Assembly: GCA_020349885.1 (NCBI GenBank)
Contig: CP070701.1
Coordinates: 2,284,432-2,348,431 of the forward strand
DNA length: 64,000 nucleotides
From: Acidobacteriota bacterium
GTDB taxonomy: Bacteria > Acidobacteriota > G020349885
Direction of reading: 5' to 3'
Position numbers and translations under genes: made by a program. Position 1 is the stretch's first letter. Each line of letters starts with the position of its first letter. Below, piece by piece: positions 8,827-17,005 of this stretch. The notes beneath the pieces are model-generated. The model saw nothing but the letters and a program-made list of their open reading frames with translations. It made no database searches and had not been told where the DNA came from.

Positions 8827-9555
8827 TCATCGCAGCCAAAGCACAAGGCCGGCCGCCGCGATGAGGCCTCCTGAGAGAAGGCCGCCGTAGCGTTCGAGCC
8901 AGAGAAAATGCAGCCGCTCGGCGCCCTTATGGCCTAGGGCGACGGCGAGAAGCAGCGTGGCCACCGTGGTGAGCGAAAAGACGGCGAGCACCGCAACCCA
9001 TAGAAGGCCCTCCACGGCCATGGCCGCAGCAAGCACCGGCACCGCGAGCACGCACGGATGGAAGCCCACCACCGAGGCCAAAACCCACGGCACGGCGCCC
9101 CCTCGAAAGCGAGGGGGCAGGTGTTCGGTCTCGTCGTGGTCAGGCGCACGCATGAGCTTGCGGCCGTGGCCCGCCGTCCAGTCGTAGAGGATGTATCCGA
9201 GGCCGAACACGATGAGAAACAGGTGGCTCAGCGGCTCAATCTTCGAGCCGAGGCTGTGCGCCGTCTTTTCACCCAGGAAAAAGGCCCCCGCACCGAGGCC
9301 GAGCGAAAGCACGATGTGCAGAAGGCCCGAAAGTCCCGCGACCTCCATGGTTCGAGCGAGCGTCCAGCCCTCCCTTCGACCCACCAGCACCACCGGCAGC
9401 CAGTGCTCCGGGATAAGACTATGGATACCCGCCGTGGCAAACGCCGTTGTTAGCAGAAATCCGTGGGACTCGGTCACGGCGGCGCATGATAGCCGACACG
9501 AGAAAAGCAAGCAAACCAGTCCCTGATCCCGGCATAGAAACGCGCCTCGCCCCAC
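8827..9555 (-). CDS. Hypothetical polytopic membrane protein with duplicated His/Pro TM motifs (possible metal-ion transporter)
   Basis: About 6 predicted TM helices. Motifs HSLIPEHWLPV and GFHPCVLAVPV occur in equivalent positions of two halves. True start may be the internal GTG (VTESHGF...). No confident family assignment. Confidence 0.4.
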   Translation of the reverse strand: MGRGAFLCRDQGLVCLLFSCRLSCAAVTESHGFLLTTAFATAGIHSLIPEHWLPVVLVGRREGWTLARTMEVAGLSGLLHIVLSLGLGAGAFFLGEKTAHSLGSKIEPLSHLFLIVFGLGYILYDWTAGHGRKLMRAPDHDETEHLPPRFRGGAVPWVLASVVGFHPCVLAVPVLAAAMAVEGLLWVAVLAVFSLTTVATLLLAVALGHKGAERLHFLWLERYGGLLSGGLIAAAGLVLWLR

Positions 9556-9736
9556 CCCTCGACGAGTGCGTAGCGTGTCTTGTTCTAAAAATCCTTATCT
9601 TATGAGGCATTGCCTTCTCGTTCCTCTTTCCTAAGTCGGGATTAGGGGATAGACGCGCCGCGTTGACACCCGTCGGCGGTTTGCGTTAGCATAGGGGAAG
9701 CCTGTTTGACACGCTTTTGCCGGAGCAAGAGACGCC

Positions 9737-11563
9737 GTGGCCAATCAAACGGAACCCAAGCAACCCGACGCCGACGTCGTGCCCATTGCCGAGGGCGCCA
9801 AAGCGCCTTCCCCGGTCGAGTCCCGCATCACGGTGGAGGACTTCTGCGCGCTCGCGAACAAATTCATCAGCCAGCGCATGTACCGCGAGGCCATCAACCT
9901 CTACGAGACGGCCGTCAAGATTTTCCCTTCGAGTCTCGCCCTCAAAATCAACCTCGGGCGCGCCCGTGACCTGCAAAAGCGCATGGAGGTCGTCTCGAAG
10001 GACCACCTGCGCAACGAACTCGAAAAGGAGCGCGAGGACGCCGACCGCCTGGCGAGCCGCTACATCGGGCTGGGGCTCGTGTATCTGGAGCGGCAGCGGT
10101 TCGAGAAGGCGCTCGAGTTCTTCGAGTTCGCCAAGCACCAGAACACCAACCTGCACCTTCCCCACTATCACTTGGGGAGCCTCTTTTACCAGCAGGACGA
10201 CCTCGATCGGGCGCTCGCGGAGCTCGAACTCGCGCGCGACATCAACCCGTTCCACGAGGAAACGCATGCGCTTCTGGGAAAAATTTACATCGAGCGCGGC
10301 GACTACCGGAGCGCTCTTCAAAACTCCATCGACGCGTTCCTGCTGTCCATGCTTCGCCGGGAGGAGGGCAACCCCCTCCACAAGGGGCGCATCAAATTCC
10401 TGTTCGACAAGTTGGGCATCGCGACCAAACAGGCCCGCAACGAGCACATCCGCACCCGCATGAAGGGCCTGAACCGCCTTATGGGCATGCTCGACCAGCG
10501 CAAGAAGGAGTTTTTGGAGTCGAGCTCCTTCGCGCAGGTGACGCGCCTCATCACCACGGCGCGCGAGCACAAGCACGTGCGCACCGACCGGCTGCGCACG
10601 GCGCTCCGGCTGCGGCGTTTTCCGATCTTCGAGAACCTTACCGACGACGAGCTCTACAAGGTCGCCAAGCTCGTGGAAGAACGACACTACGAGTCGGGCG
10701 TCTACGTCTTCCACGAAGGCGACGACAGCGGCTACATCTACGTGGTCGACTCGGGACGCATCAAGCTCATCTGCCCGACGCCCGTCGGGGAGCAGGAGGT
10801 CGGGATGGCGGCGCCGGGCGAATATTTCGGAGAAATCAACTTCATCGACAAGGCGAACCACGTGGCCTCGGCCATGGCCATGGAGGACACCACGCTGTGG
10901 CTGCTTTCCAACGCCGGCCTCGACAGCCTTTTCGAGGTGGAGCGCGAGATCGCGGTGCATTTCTACTGGAACTTCTGGAAGGCCCTGGCCAAGAACACCC
11001 GCCGCACGAACGAGCTCATGAAGAGCTTCTTTGCCGACATGAAGGAGCCGGTGCCGGAGGTGACCGAGAAGGACTTGGCCGAGGCCAAGGAAGTCGAGGT
11101 CGGCGTTGAGGAGAAGGTCGAGGTGCTCGCCACGCGCGGCCTCTCCTCGAAGGAGCTGCGCCTGCTCGCCACGTTCAGCACGGAGAAGCGCTTCGAGGCG
11201 GGCGAGATCATTTTCCGCGAGGGCGACCCCGGCGACAAGCTGTACATCATCCTCGACGGCAAGGTCATCATCTCGAAGGACATCCCCGGCGTGGGCGAGG
11301 AGGCTCTCGCCATTTTTGAGCGGGGCGATTTCTTCGGCGAGATGGCCCTCGTGGACCAGTCACCGCGCTCGGCGGACGCCAAGGCGCACGCGGAGGGCGT
11401 GACACTCCTTGCGATCGACAAGAAGACGCTCGACGAGATTCTCTCCCTCGACGTCGAGAGCGCCTACCAGTTCCTGCATCTTCTGTGCAAGATTCTGACG
11501 CACCGCCTCCGCGAGATTACCATGAAGCTGGCCCGCTGGCGCGTCATGTCCGGGGGGTTCTGA
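9737..11563 (+). CDS. TPR-repeat protein with two cyclic-nucleotide-binding (CAP/cNMP) domains
   Basis: GTG start. N-terminal TPR helices (YREAINLYETAVKIFPSSLALKINLGRA; FEKALEFFEFAKHQNTNLHLPHYHLGSLF). Two cNMP-binding folds (FENLTDDELYKVAKL..FHEGD.SGYIYVV.SGRIKL...GEYFGE and ...EGDPGDKLYIILDGKVIISKD...FERGDFFGEMALV). Confidence 0.75.
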   Translation: MANQTEPKQPDADVVPIAEGAKAPSPVESRITVEDFCALANKFISQRMYREAINLYETAVKIFPSSLALKINLGRARDLQKRMEVVSKDHLRNELEKEREDADRLASRYIGLGLVYLERQRFEKALEFFEFAKHQNTNLHLPHYHLGSLFYQQDDLDRALAELELARDINPFHEETHALLGKIYIERGDYRSALQNSIDAFLLSMLRREEGNPLHKGRIKFLFDKLGIATKQARNEHIRTRMKGLNRLMGMLDQRKKEFLESSSFAQVTRLITTAREHKHVRTDRLRTALRLRRFPIFENLTDDELYKVAKLVEERHYESGVYVFHEGDDSGYIYVVDSGRIKLICPTPVGEQEVGMAAPGEYFGEINFIDKANHVASAMAMEDTTLWLLSNAGLDSLFEVEREIAVHFYWNFWKALAKNTRRTNELMKSFFADMKEPVPEVTEKDLAEAKEVEVGVEEKVEVLATRGLSSKELRLLATFSTEKRFEAGEIIFREGDPGDKLYIILDGKVIISKDIPGVGEEALAIFERGDFFGEMALVDQSPRSADAKAHAEGVTLLAIDKKTLDEILSLDVESAYQFLHLLCKILTHRLREITMKLARWRVMSGGF

Positions 11564-12051
11564 TGCCGGAGCTGGGGGTGGGGGAGACCCTGGAGACGCT
11601 TCTCCGCGACCTGAACGACGAATACGACCTGACCCGGCGGGACGCCGCCCACAAGCTGGGCAAGCTCAAGGACCCCGCGGCGCTCTCCGCGCTGATTGCG
11701 GCGCTCCGGGATCCCAGCAAGCTGGTGCGCGACAACGCCGCCTTCGCGCTGGCCGAGATCCGGGACAAGAGGGCGGTGCTCCCCCTTGTGGAATTGGTCC
11801 GCAAAGACCCCGATGGCCGCGTGCGCAAGAGCGCCGCGAAGGGCCTCGGAATGCTCGGTGACCGGCGCGGCGTCGAGCCGCTCGTAGCGGCCCTCGGGGA
11901 CCCCGACCCCATCGTCCGAAAGAGCGCCGCGCGCGCTCTCGGGCAGTTGCGCGCCTCGGAAGCCCGGGAAGCGCTCGAGCGGGCCGCCTCCGACGCGGAC
12001 GTCCTGGTGCGAAAACACGCCAGGCAGGCGCTGGAGCGGATTCGAAAGTAG
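11563..12051 (+). CDS. HEAT-repeat (PBS-lyase HEAT-like) protein
   Basis: ATG overlaps the upstream stop (ATGA). Four to five repeats of the form D..VR..AA.ALG.IGD..AV.PL..AL.D. Confidence 0.7.
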   Translation: MPELGVGETLETLLRDLNDEYDLTRRDAAHKLGKLKDPAALSALIAALRDPSKLVRDNAAFALAEIRDKRAVLPLVELVRKDPDGRVRKSAAKGLGMLGDRRGVEPLVAALGDPDPIVRKSAARALGQLRASEAREALERAASDADVLVRKHARQALERIRK

Positions 12052-12073
12052 GGTAGGGCGGGGGCCGGTCGCC

Positions 12074-12097
12074 AGGGATCAGCCGTCAGGGGTTAGC
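12074..12097. repeat. Second copy of the 24-nt intergenic element (AGGGATCAGCCGTCAGGGGTTAGC), between convergent genes
   Basis: 23/24 identical to 7615-7638. Followed by the palindromic ctgccagccgttggcggtgggcag. Confidence 0.6.
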
Positions 12098-12245
12098 TGC
12101 CAGCCGTTGGCGGTGGGCAGATAGCTCCTTACTCCTTTCTCCTTCCTCAAAAAATCCGGCAGATCCGGCAAAATCTCTGGTCTGCTCGCAAGGGCGGGCC
12201 TTGAGAGACCGCCGGGGCGGCCCCCACGCTGCGCCCCGGAGGCAG

Positions 12246-13115
12246 TTACGGACTCGCAGGCGGCCCCGTATCGACCTCTTCCGAGGAGGGCGGCGTGTAT
12301 TCCACGAGCGTCGCCACGGCGGCGCCGATCTTGAGCTTGGTCTTGATTCTCAGAAGAAGCCGGCGCTCGTCCAGCGAGTACCATATCCAAAGCTTCCCCT
12401 TCCTGCGAAAGAACCCTTTGGGGTTAAAATCCATCCGGGGCTGGACGCGGAGGGCCTCGAAGGCACCGAGCGGCGTCTTGATTTTTTCCACCTTCTCCGC
12501 ATGAAGGGTAAGAAGGTATTTCTCGCCGTCCGAGTGCACCAGGATGGCCTGCACGTCCCCCGGCTCCATGGGCATGCCGCGCACGCGCAGAACGCCCGAC
12601 ATGATGTCGAGGAGGCAGGGATGGTCGATGGGCTCGGTCTTGCTTTTTTCGGGACGCAGGCGGTCGGTGAAGCGTGCGACACCCGCCTCGTGGTCGAAGG
12701 TGGTGATGTCGTCCCCGCGGCGCTTGCCCTCGGCGGAGACGGTGGCCGTCGAGTGGATGCGCAGAGGGTTCGCCAGAAGGAGCGACTCGACGCGGTTGTC
12801 GATCTTGTGGAACCACCGTATGGGGCCTTGGGTGGAGACCGTCGTCACGATGCGAAAGAATTTCGGATGCGTCCGGTCGAGGGAGACCTCGATGGCCATG
12901 TCTCCCGCATGGGAGAACCAGCTCCAGCTCGCGCGGTATTTGAAAGCTTCGCCCGGCCGGAACGACGCCGCGACCGCTTCCGGAGACGGGCATGGCGCAG
13001 GGGCGGGCTCTTCGGCGGTCTGGCCGAACGCGTGCCCCGCCGGGAAGGACGCGCCCAGCCACAGCAGCGCGGCGGCCCACAGGCCGAGGGAAAGCGGGGC
13101 GGCGGGTTTTCGCAT
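12246..13115 (-). CDS. Secreted DUF3108-like protein
   Basis: Signal peptide (LSLGLWAAALLWLGASFPAGHA). Size and beta-rich composition fit DUF3108. Its position directly upstream of gmhB and a lipid A acyltransferase is the typical DUF3108 context. Confidence 0.45.
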   Translation of the reverse strand: MRKPAAPLSLGLWAAALLWLGASFPAGHAFGQTAEEPAPAPCPSPEAVAASFRPGEAFKYRASWSWFSHAGDMAIEVSLDRTHPKFFRIVTTVSTQGPIRWFHKIDNRVESLLLANPLRIHSTATVSAEGKRRGDDITTFDHEAGVARFTDRLRPEKSKTEPIDHPCLLDIMSGVLRVRGMPMEPGDVQAILVHSDGEKYLLTLHAEKVEKIKTPLGAFEALRVQPRMDFNPKGFFRRKGKLWIWYSLDERRLLLRIKTKLKIGAAVATLVEYTPPSSEEVDTGPPASP

Positions 13116-13125
13116 TCGCGGGTGC

Positions 13126-13698
13126 CTACTGCTCCGAAATCCACCGCACGGCGTCGAGCACGTCCCGGGCGATGTATTCGGGCTGGCGGGGCCAGTCCCT
13201 GGATTGGTTCTCGCGCTCGCCGAGACCGTATCCCGTGAGCACGAGGATTCCCGGAATTCCGATGCCGTGGGCCAAGGCCACGTCGGAATAATACTTGTCG
13301 CCCACGGCGACGGAGCGGGCGAGGTCTATCTCGTGCTCGCGGCAGGCGGCGTCCACGAGGCCGCGGCGGGGTTTTCGGCAGGCGCAGTCGAGCGCGTAGC
13401 GGGCGTCCTGCGAGGAAAGGTGATGGGGGCAAAAGTAAATGCCGTCGAGGCGTGCGCCTTCTTCCGCGAGAAGCGCTTCGAGGCGTTTCATCGTCTCGCG
13501 CACCACGTCCTCGCTCATGTAGCCGCGCGCCACTCCGGCCTGGTTCGTGATGACGATGGCGCGCCATTCCATGGCGTTGATGCGCCGAACGGCCTCTGCG
13601 GCGCCGGGCAGAAGGTGCAGGCGGTCCGGGTGGTTGACGTAGCCCACTTCCTCGGTGAGGGTCCCGTCGCGGTCGAGGAACACGGCCGGCTTCTTCAT
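13126..13698 (-). CDS. gmhB: D-glycero-D-manno-heptose 1,7-bisphosphate phosphatase GmhB (HAD-IIIA)
   Basis: MKKPAVFLDRDGTL...(HAD motif I), ITNQ.G..RG, CPHH....C.CRKP, AVGDK.SD. ATG overlaps the lpxL-like stop (ATGA). Confidence 0.8.
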   Translation of the reverse strand: MKKPAVFLDRDGTLTEEVGYVNHPDRLHLLPGAAEAVRRINAMEWRAIVITNQAGVARGYMSEDVVRETMKRLEALLAEEGARLDGIYFCPHHLSSQDARYALDCACRKPRRGLVDAACREHEIDLARSVAVGDKYYSDVALAHGIGIPGILVLTGYGLGERENQSRDWPRQPEYIARDVLDAVRWISEQ

Positions 13699-14693
13699 CC
13701 GCGCACCACGCCGGCCGCCTCGGAAGGTTTGTCCGGCGCTTCGGCCTCTTTCTCCGGGGCGGCGCTTTTCCCAAGACTCGGACGAGCCGGCACGCGCCAG
13801 CGCTCGTGCATCCAGAGCCACTGCTCCGGGTGCTTCCGCACGTAGTGTTCGATGCGGCGCGTCATGGCCACGGTGAGCGCCGCCTCGTCGTGCGCGCGGT
13901 CGCCCGTGAGGGCCGCTGGGGGACCCGGCTCGCAGAGGACCCGGTAGCGTCCCCCGCCGAGCGCGATGGGGAACACCATCACGACAGGGGCGCCGGTCTT
14001 GAGCGAAAGGAGAGCCACCGCCGGCGTCGTCGCGGCCGGCCGTCCCATGAAGTTGACGACCACGGCGTTCGCGTCGCCGAAGTGCTGGTCCATCACGACG
14101 GTCACGGCCTGCCCGTCGCGCAGGTCGCGCATCAGATGGCGCAGCGACGCGTGCTTGTGGAGAAGGCGGTTGCCCGAGGCCGCACGGTAGCACGCGAGCA
14201 GTCTCTCCAGGCGAGGGTTGTCGAGCGGCCGCGTGAGCATGGTCATCGGGAAGCCCGCGTAGCCCAGGGCCAGCGCCGCGAGCTCCCAGTTGCCGAAGTG
14301 GCCGGCACAGAAGATGGCGCCCTTGCCTTCGGCGAGCGCCGCGCGCATGTGTTCGAGGCCCGCGAACTCGACACGGGAAACGCAACTTTCCTTGTCCAGC
14401 AAGGGAAATCGCAAAATCTCGACGACCACGCAGGCAAAATGCTCGAAAGTCCGGCGCGCGAGTGCCCGCCGCTCGTCTGGGGAAAGCCCCGCCGAGGCAT
14501 CCGGGGCGAGCCCCGACGGAGCGCCGGGATAGGCGGCTTCGAGGTTGCGGAGCGCCACCCGGCGGCGGCGCCTCAAGAGCCGAAACGCCGCCCGACCGAT
14601 CCATCGGCCGATGCACGCCGCCGCGCCGTCGCCCAAGCGGCGGACGACGAAGCCCAGAAGGCAGACGGCCAGCCATTCGAGCGTGCGTCTCAT
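13695..14693 (-). CDS. Lipid A biosynthesis lauroyl/myristoyl acyltransferase (LpxL/HtrB family)
   Basis: N-terminal TM anchor. Acyltransferase HX4D region (GAIFCAGHFGNWE) and full-length similarity to HtrB/MsbB-like enzymes. Confidence 0.75.
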   Translation of the reverse strand: MRRTLEWLAVCLLGFVVRRLGDGAAACIGRWIGRAAFRLLRRRRRVALRNLEAAYPGAPSGLAPDASAGLSPDERRALARRTFEHFACVVVEILRFPLLDKESCVSRVEFAGLEHMRAALAEGKGAIFCAGHFGNWELAALALGYAGFPMTMLTRPLDNPRLERLLACYRAASGNRLLHKHASLRHLMRDLRDGQAVTVVMDQHFGDANAVVVNFMGRPAATTPAVALLSLKTGAPVVMVFPIALGGGRYRVLCEPGPPAALTGDRAHDEAALTVAMTRRIEHYVRKHPEQWLWMHERWRVPARPSLGKSAAPEKEAEAPDKPSEAAGVVRG

Positions 14694-14699
14694 CGCTTC

Positions 14700-14735
14700 A
14701 TTATAAGGGCCGCGCGCGCGGCGGACAATAAATCA
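14700..14735 (-). promoter_or_regulatory. Candidate leaderless promoter for the lpxL-gmhB-DUF3108 operon: TTGTCC, 17-nt spacer, TATAAT, then 6 nt to the ATG
   Basis: Minus-strand reading: ttgtccgccgcgcgcgcggcccttataatgaagcgATG. The -10 hexamer ends 6 nt before the start codon. The spacer is a GC palindrome (gccgcgcgcgcggc). Confidence 0.4.
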
Positions 14736-14779
14736 GTCATCGGGGGGGGCCGCGGCGTGCAGCGGGGTGCCGGAAAGAA

Positions 14780-15532
14780 TTATTCCTTATCGGCGGGGCT
14801 TTCCGGCCGCCAACCCCACATGCTGTCCTCGATGTAGGCGCGAATGCGCTCGACGTCCTCACGCGAGATTTCGGTGAAGCGCACGCCCATGCCGGGCGGG
14901 TAGAGATGGAAATCGACTCGTTCATGAACGTGCACGACCTCGGCCTTGGCGCGGATGCGCTCCGACGAGTCGGGCAAATTGAAGGTGGCCTCCAGCTCCG
15001 TTCCGCAGGGCACGGGCCGCGTGGTGCGGATGTAGAGTCCTCCCTCGCTGAGGGTGTAGGAGTAGGCCTTGAAGAGCGATTCCTGCACCCGGTATTGAAT
15101 GGTGAAGTAGGCGACGACGCGCAGATGCTTGCGCCCCTCGTGATCTGCTGGAAACAAAACCTGGTTGACGAAATACAGAACCTCCTCCGGCGGCATGGAT
15201 TTGTCGAGGTAGCCGGTAGCGTTCAGCTCGCGCAGCAGCTCAAGGTGCTGCTCCTTGCGGTAAAGGCTCGAGATGGCGACGACGGGAAGGAGATTTCCCC
15301 CTTCCAGCTCCCTCACCTTGCGGATGACGTCGAAGCCCGACAGCTTGGGCATGAGGAGGTCCAAAACCGCCATGTCGAGCCGGGGAAGGGCATCTCGAAT
15401 CTTTTGAAGGGCTTCCTCGCCGTTCGAGGCGACGAGCACATCGTAGCCGGCGCGCTCGAAAAGCTCCTTGAGGGTGGCTTGAAAAAAGAGGGCGTCGTCA
15501 GCAATCAGAATGCGTTTTTGTTTTTCAGCCAT
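14780..15532 (-). CDS. Response-regulator receiver domain fused to a PilZ (c-di-GMP-binding) domain
   Basis: REC: ILIADD...DLLMPKLSGFDV..K (phospho-acceptor Asp context). PilZ: RKHLR ... TLSEGG, the RxxxR...(D/N)xSxGG signature. Confidence 0.75.
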   Translation of the reverse strand: MAEKQKRILIADDALFFQATLKELFERAGYDVLVASNGEEALQKIRDALPRLDMAVLDLLMPKLSGFDVIRKVRELEGGNLLPVVAISSLYRKEQHLELLRELNATGYLDKSMPPEEVLYFVNQVLFPADHEGRKHLRVVAYFTIQYRVQESLFKAYSYTLSEGGLYIRTTRPVPCGTELEATFNLPDSSERIRAKAEVVHVHERVDFHLYPPGMGVRFTEISREDVERIRAYIEDSMWGWRPESPADKE

Positions 15533-15592
15533 GGGAAGCTCTCGTTTTCCGGACCCTTCGACGGCGTTCGGTCCGCTCGAGGTCCATGGGGC

Positions 15593-16339
15593 TTACTCTA
15601 CGGGGCGGAAAATGCGGTCCCAGCGCGTCCAGCGGAAAAAGTTTGCGGCGCTTTTGAGCACGTTCCATGCTTTTTTCCCCAAGGGGTCGCTCCACTCCCC
15701 TGGCTGCTCCATGGACCAGAAAATCAGCACGGCCTTTCCCTTGACGTAGCGGCGCTCGACGGGGCCGAAGGCGCGGCTGTCGTTCGAGTTGTCGCGGTTG
15801 TCGCCCATCACGAAGTAGTGGCCGTCGGGGATGACGATGGGGCCGAAGTTGTCGCGGGGATGACCGTAGGGGCTTCGCAGGTCGCGGACGCCGTAAACGC
15901 GCGAGTCGCCGAATTGGACGTAGGGCTCGTCAAGCGGCGCGCCGTTCAGGTAGGTCCGTTTGTCGACCATCTCCAGGCGGTCGCCGCCCACGGCAATCAC
16001 GCGCTTAATGAAGTCTTTCTCGGGGTCTTCGAGCGATTTGAACACCACCACGTCGCCCCGTCGGATGTCGCGGTAAGGAAACAGCATTTTGAGCCAGGGC
16101 CATGTCTCCGTCCCGTAGGCGAACTTGTTCACGATGATCCGGTCGCCGATGAGCAAGGTGTTCTGCATCGAGGCGGTGGGAATCTTCGACTGCATCACAA
16201 CGAAGGTCCATGTGTAGAGGATGAAAAGGACGCATACGAGAACTGTTTCGTAGTACTCCCGCAGCAGGCTGACCCTCGGCGGCTCGTAGGCTTCCGAATT
16301 TTCGGGTTTGCCCATATCGGAATATCGGGGTTCGCTCAT
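15593..16339 (-). CDS. lepB: Signal peptidase I (LepB)
   Basis: N-terminal TM. S26 boxes ASMQNTLLIGDRIIVNKFAYG and GDNRDNSNDSRAFGPV. ATG overlaps the upstream LOG gene stop (ATGA). Confidence 0.85.
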   Translation of the reverse strand: MSEPRYSDMGKPENSEAYEPPRVSLLREYYETVLVCVLFILYTWTFVVMQSKIPTASMQNTLLIGDRIIVNKFAYGTETWPWLKMLFPYRDIRRGDVVVFKSLEDPEKDFIKRVIAVGGDRLEMVDKRTYLNGAPLDEPYVQFGDSRVYGVRDLRSPYGHPRDNFGPIVIPDGHYFVMGDNRDNSNDSRAFGPVERRYVKGKAVLIFWSMEQPGEWSDPLGKKAWNVLKSAANFFRWTRWDRIFRPVE

Positions 16340-16875
16340 GGGCTGAGCCCTTGTTCGAGAGCGGCGCAGGCTTCCTCCGCCGTGCGCACCACGGTTGACG
16401 CCTCGCGTTCGCGGCTCGTTAGAAAATCGGCGCGCTCAAGTTCCACGAGCACATTCTCCCACACTTGGCCGACCAGCACAATGGGCTTTTCGCCGAGGAG
16501 TCCCGCGCGCACGAGCGCCCAGAGAAACGCCACCTCCGCGAGAGTTCCCGCCGCGCCGGAGAAGATAACATACGCCGCCGCCGTCTTCACGAGAGCCTGC
16601 GTGCGGGCAAAAAGCGTCGGCTCGCAGCGCTCCTCGTCAAGCCATGGGTTTGCCCGCCGTTCGGGGAATGCCGAAAACGCCTGAGTCGTGATGCCCAGGC
16701 TCCGGCCTCCTGCTTCCTTCGCGCTGCGGTTTGCCGCTTCCATGACGCCGCCGTAGCCTCCCGTCACAATCCCAAATCCGCGCTCGGCCATGCGCCGCGC
16801 CACCGTGCACGCGGCGTCGTAATTTTTGTCGCCCGGACGCGCCTCAGAGCTTCCAAAGACGGCAACGTAGCGCAT
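16336..16875 (-). CDS. LOG family protein (TIGR00725 / cytokinin riboside 5'-monophosphate phosphoribohydrolase-like)
   Basis: VFGSS....Y..A...AR.MAERGFGIVTGGYGGVMEAANR.A and PIVLVG ... W LOG motifs. Confidence 0.75.
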   Translation of the reverse strand: MRYVAVFGSSEARPGDKNYDAACTVARRMAERGFGIVTGGYGGVMEAANRSAKEAGGRSLGITTQAFSAFPERRANPWLDEERCEPTLFARTQALVKTAAAYVIFSGAAGTLAEVAFLWALVRAGLLGEKPIVLVGQVWENVLVELERADFLTSREREASTVVRTAEEACAALEQGLSP

Positions 16876-16886
16876 CGTTAAAAAAG

Positions 16887-16910
16887 TCTTTCACAGAATC
16901 TGTGAAAAAG
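16887..16910. promoter_or_regulatory. Perfect 9-bp inverted repeat TTTCACAGA-A-TCTGTGAAA, 12 nt upstream of the LOG gene ATG
   Basis: Read directly. On the minus strand it is followed by GACTTTTTT, so it could be a weak intrinsic terminator for the upstream M20 gene. Alternatively it is an operator for a dimeric regulator. Confidence 0.4.
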
Positions 16911-17005
16911 GAGGCGCAAAGCCTTGGGAAGACAGTTGCTAAGTGTGGAGAGGAAAGATTTTTCTCTGCTTTGCACCCAAAACGAAGCATCGGAGCTTGG
17001 GAGAC

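Noticed and set aside
12201-14837. Several long ORFs (345, 433, 309, 343 aa) antisense to or overlapping DUF3108, gmhB and lpxL
   Set aside because: Arg/Gly/Pro-rich low-complexity translations with no motifs. The opposite-strand genes have clear homology and overlapping ATGA junctions.
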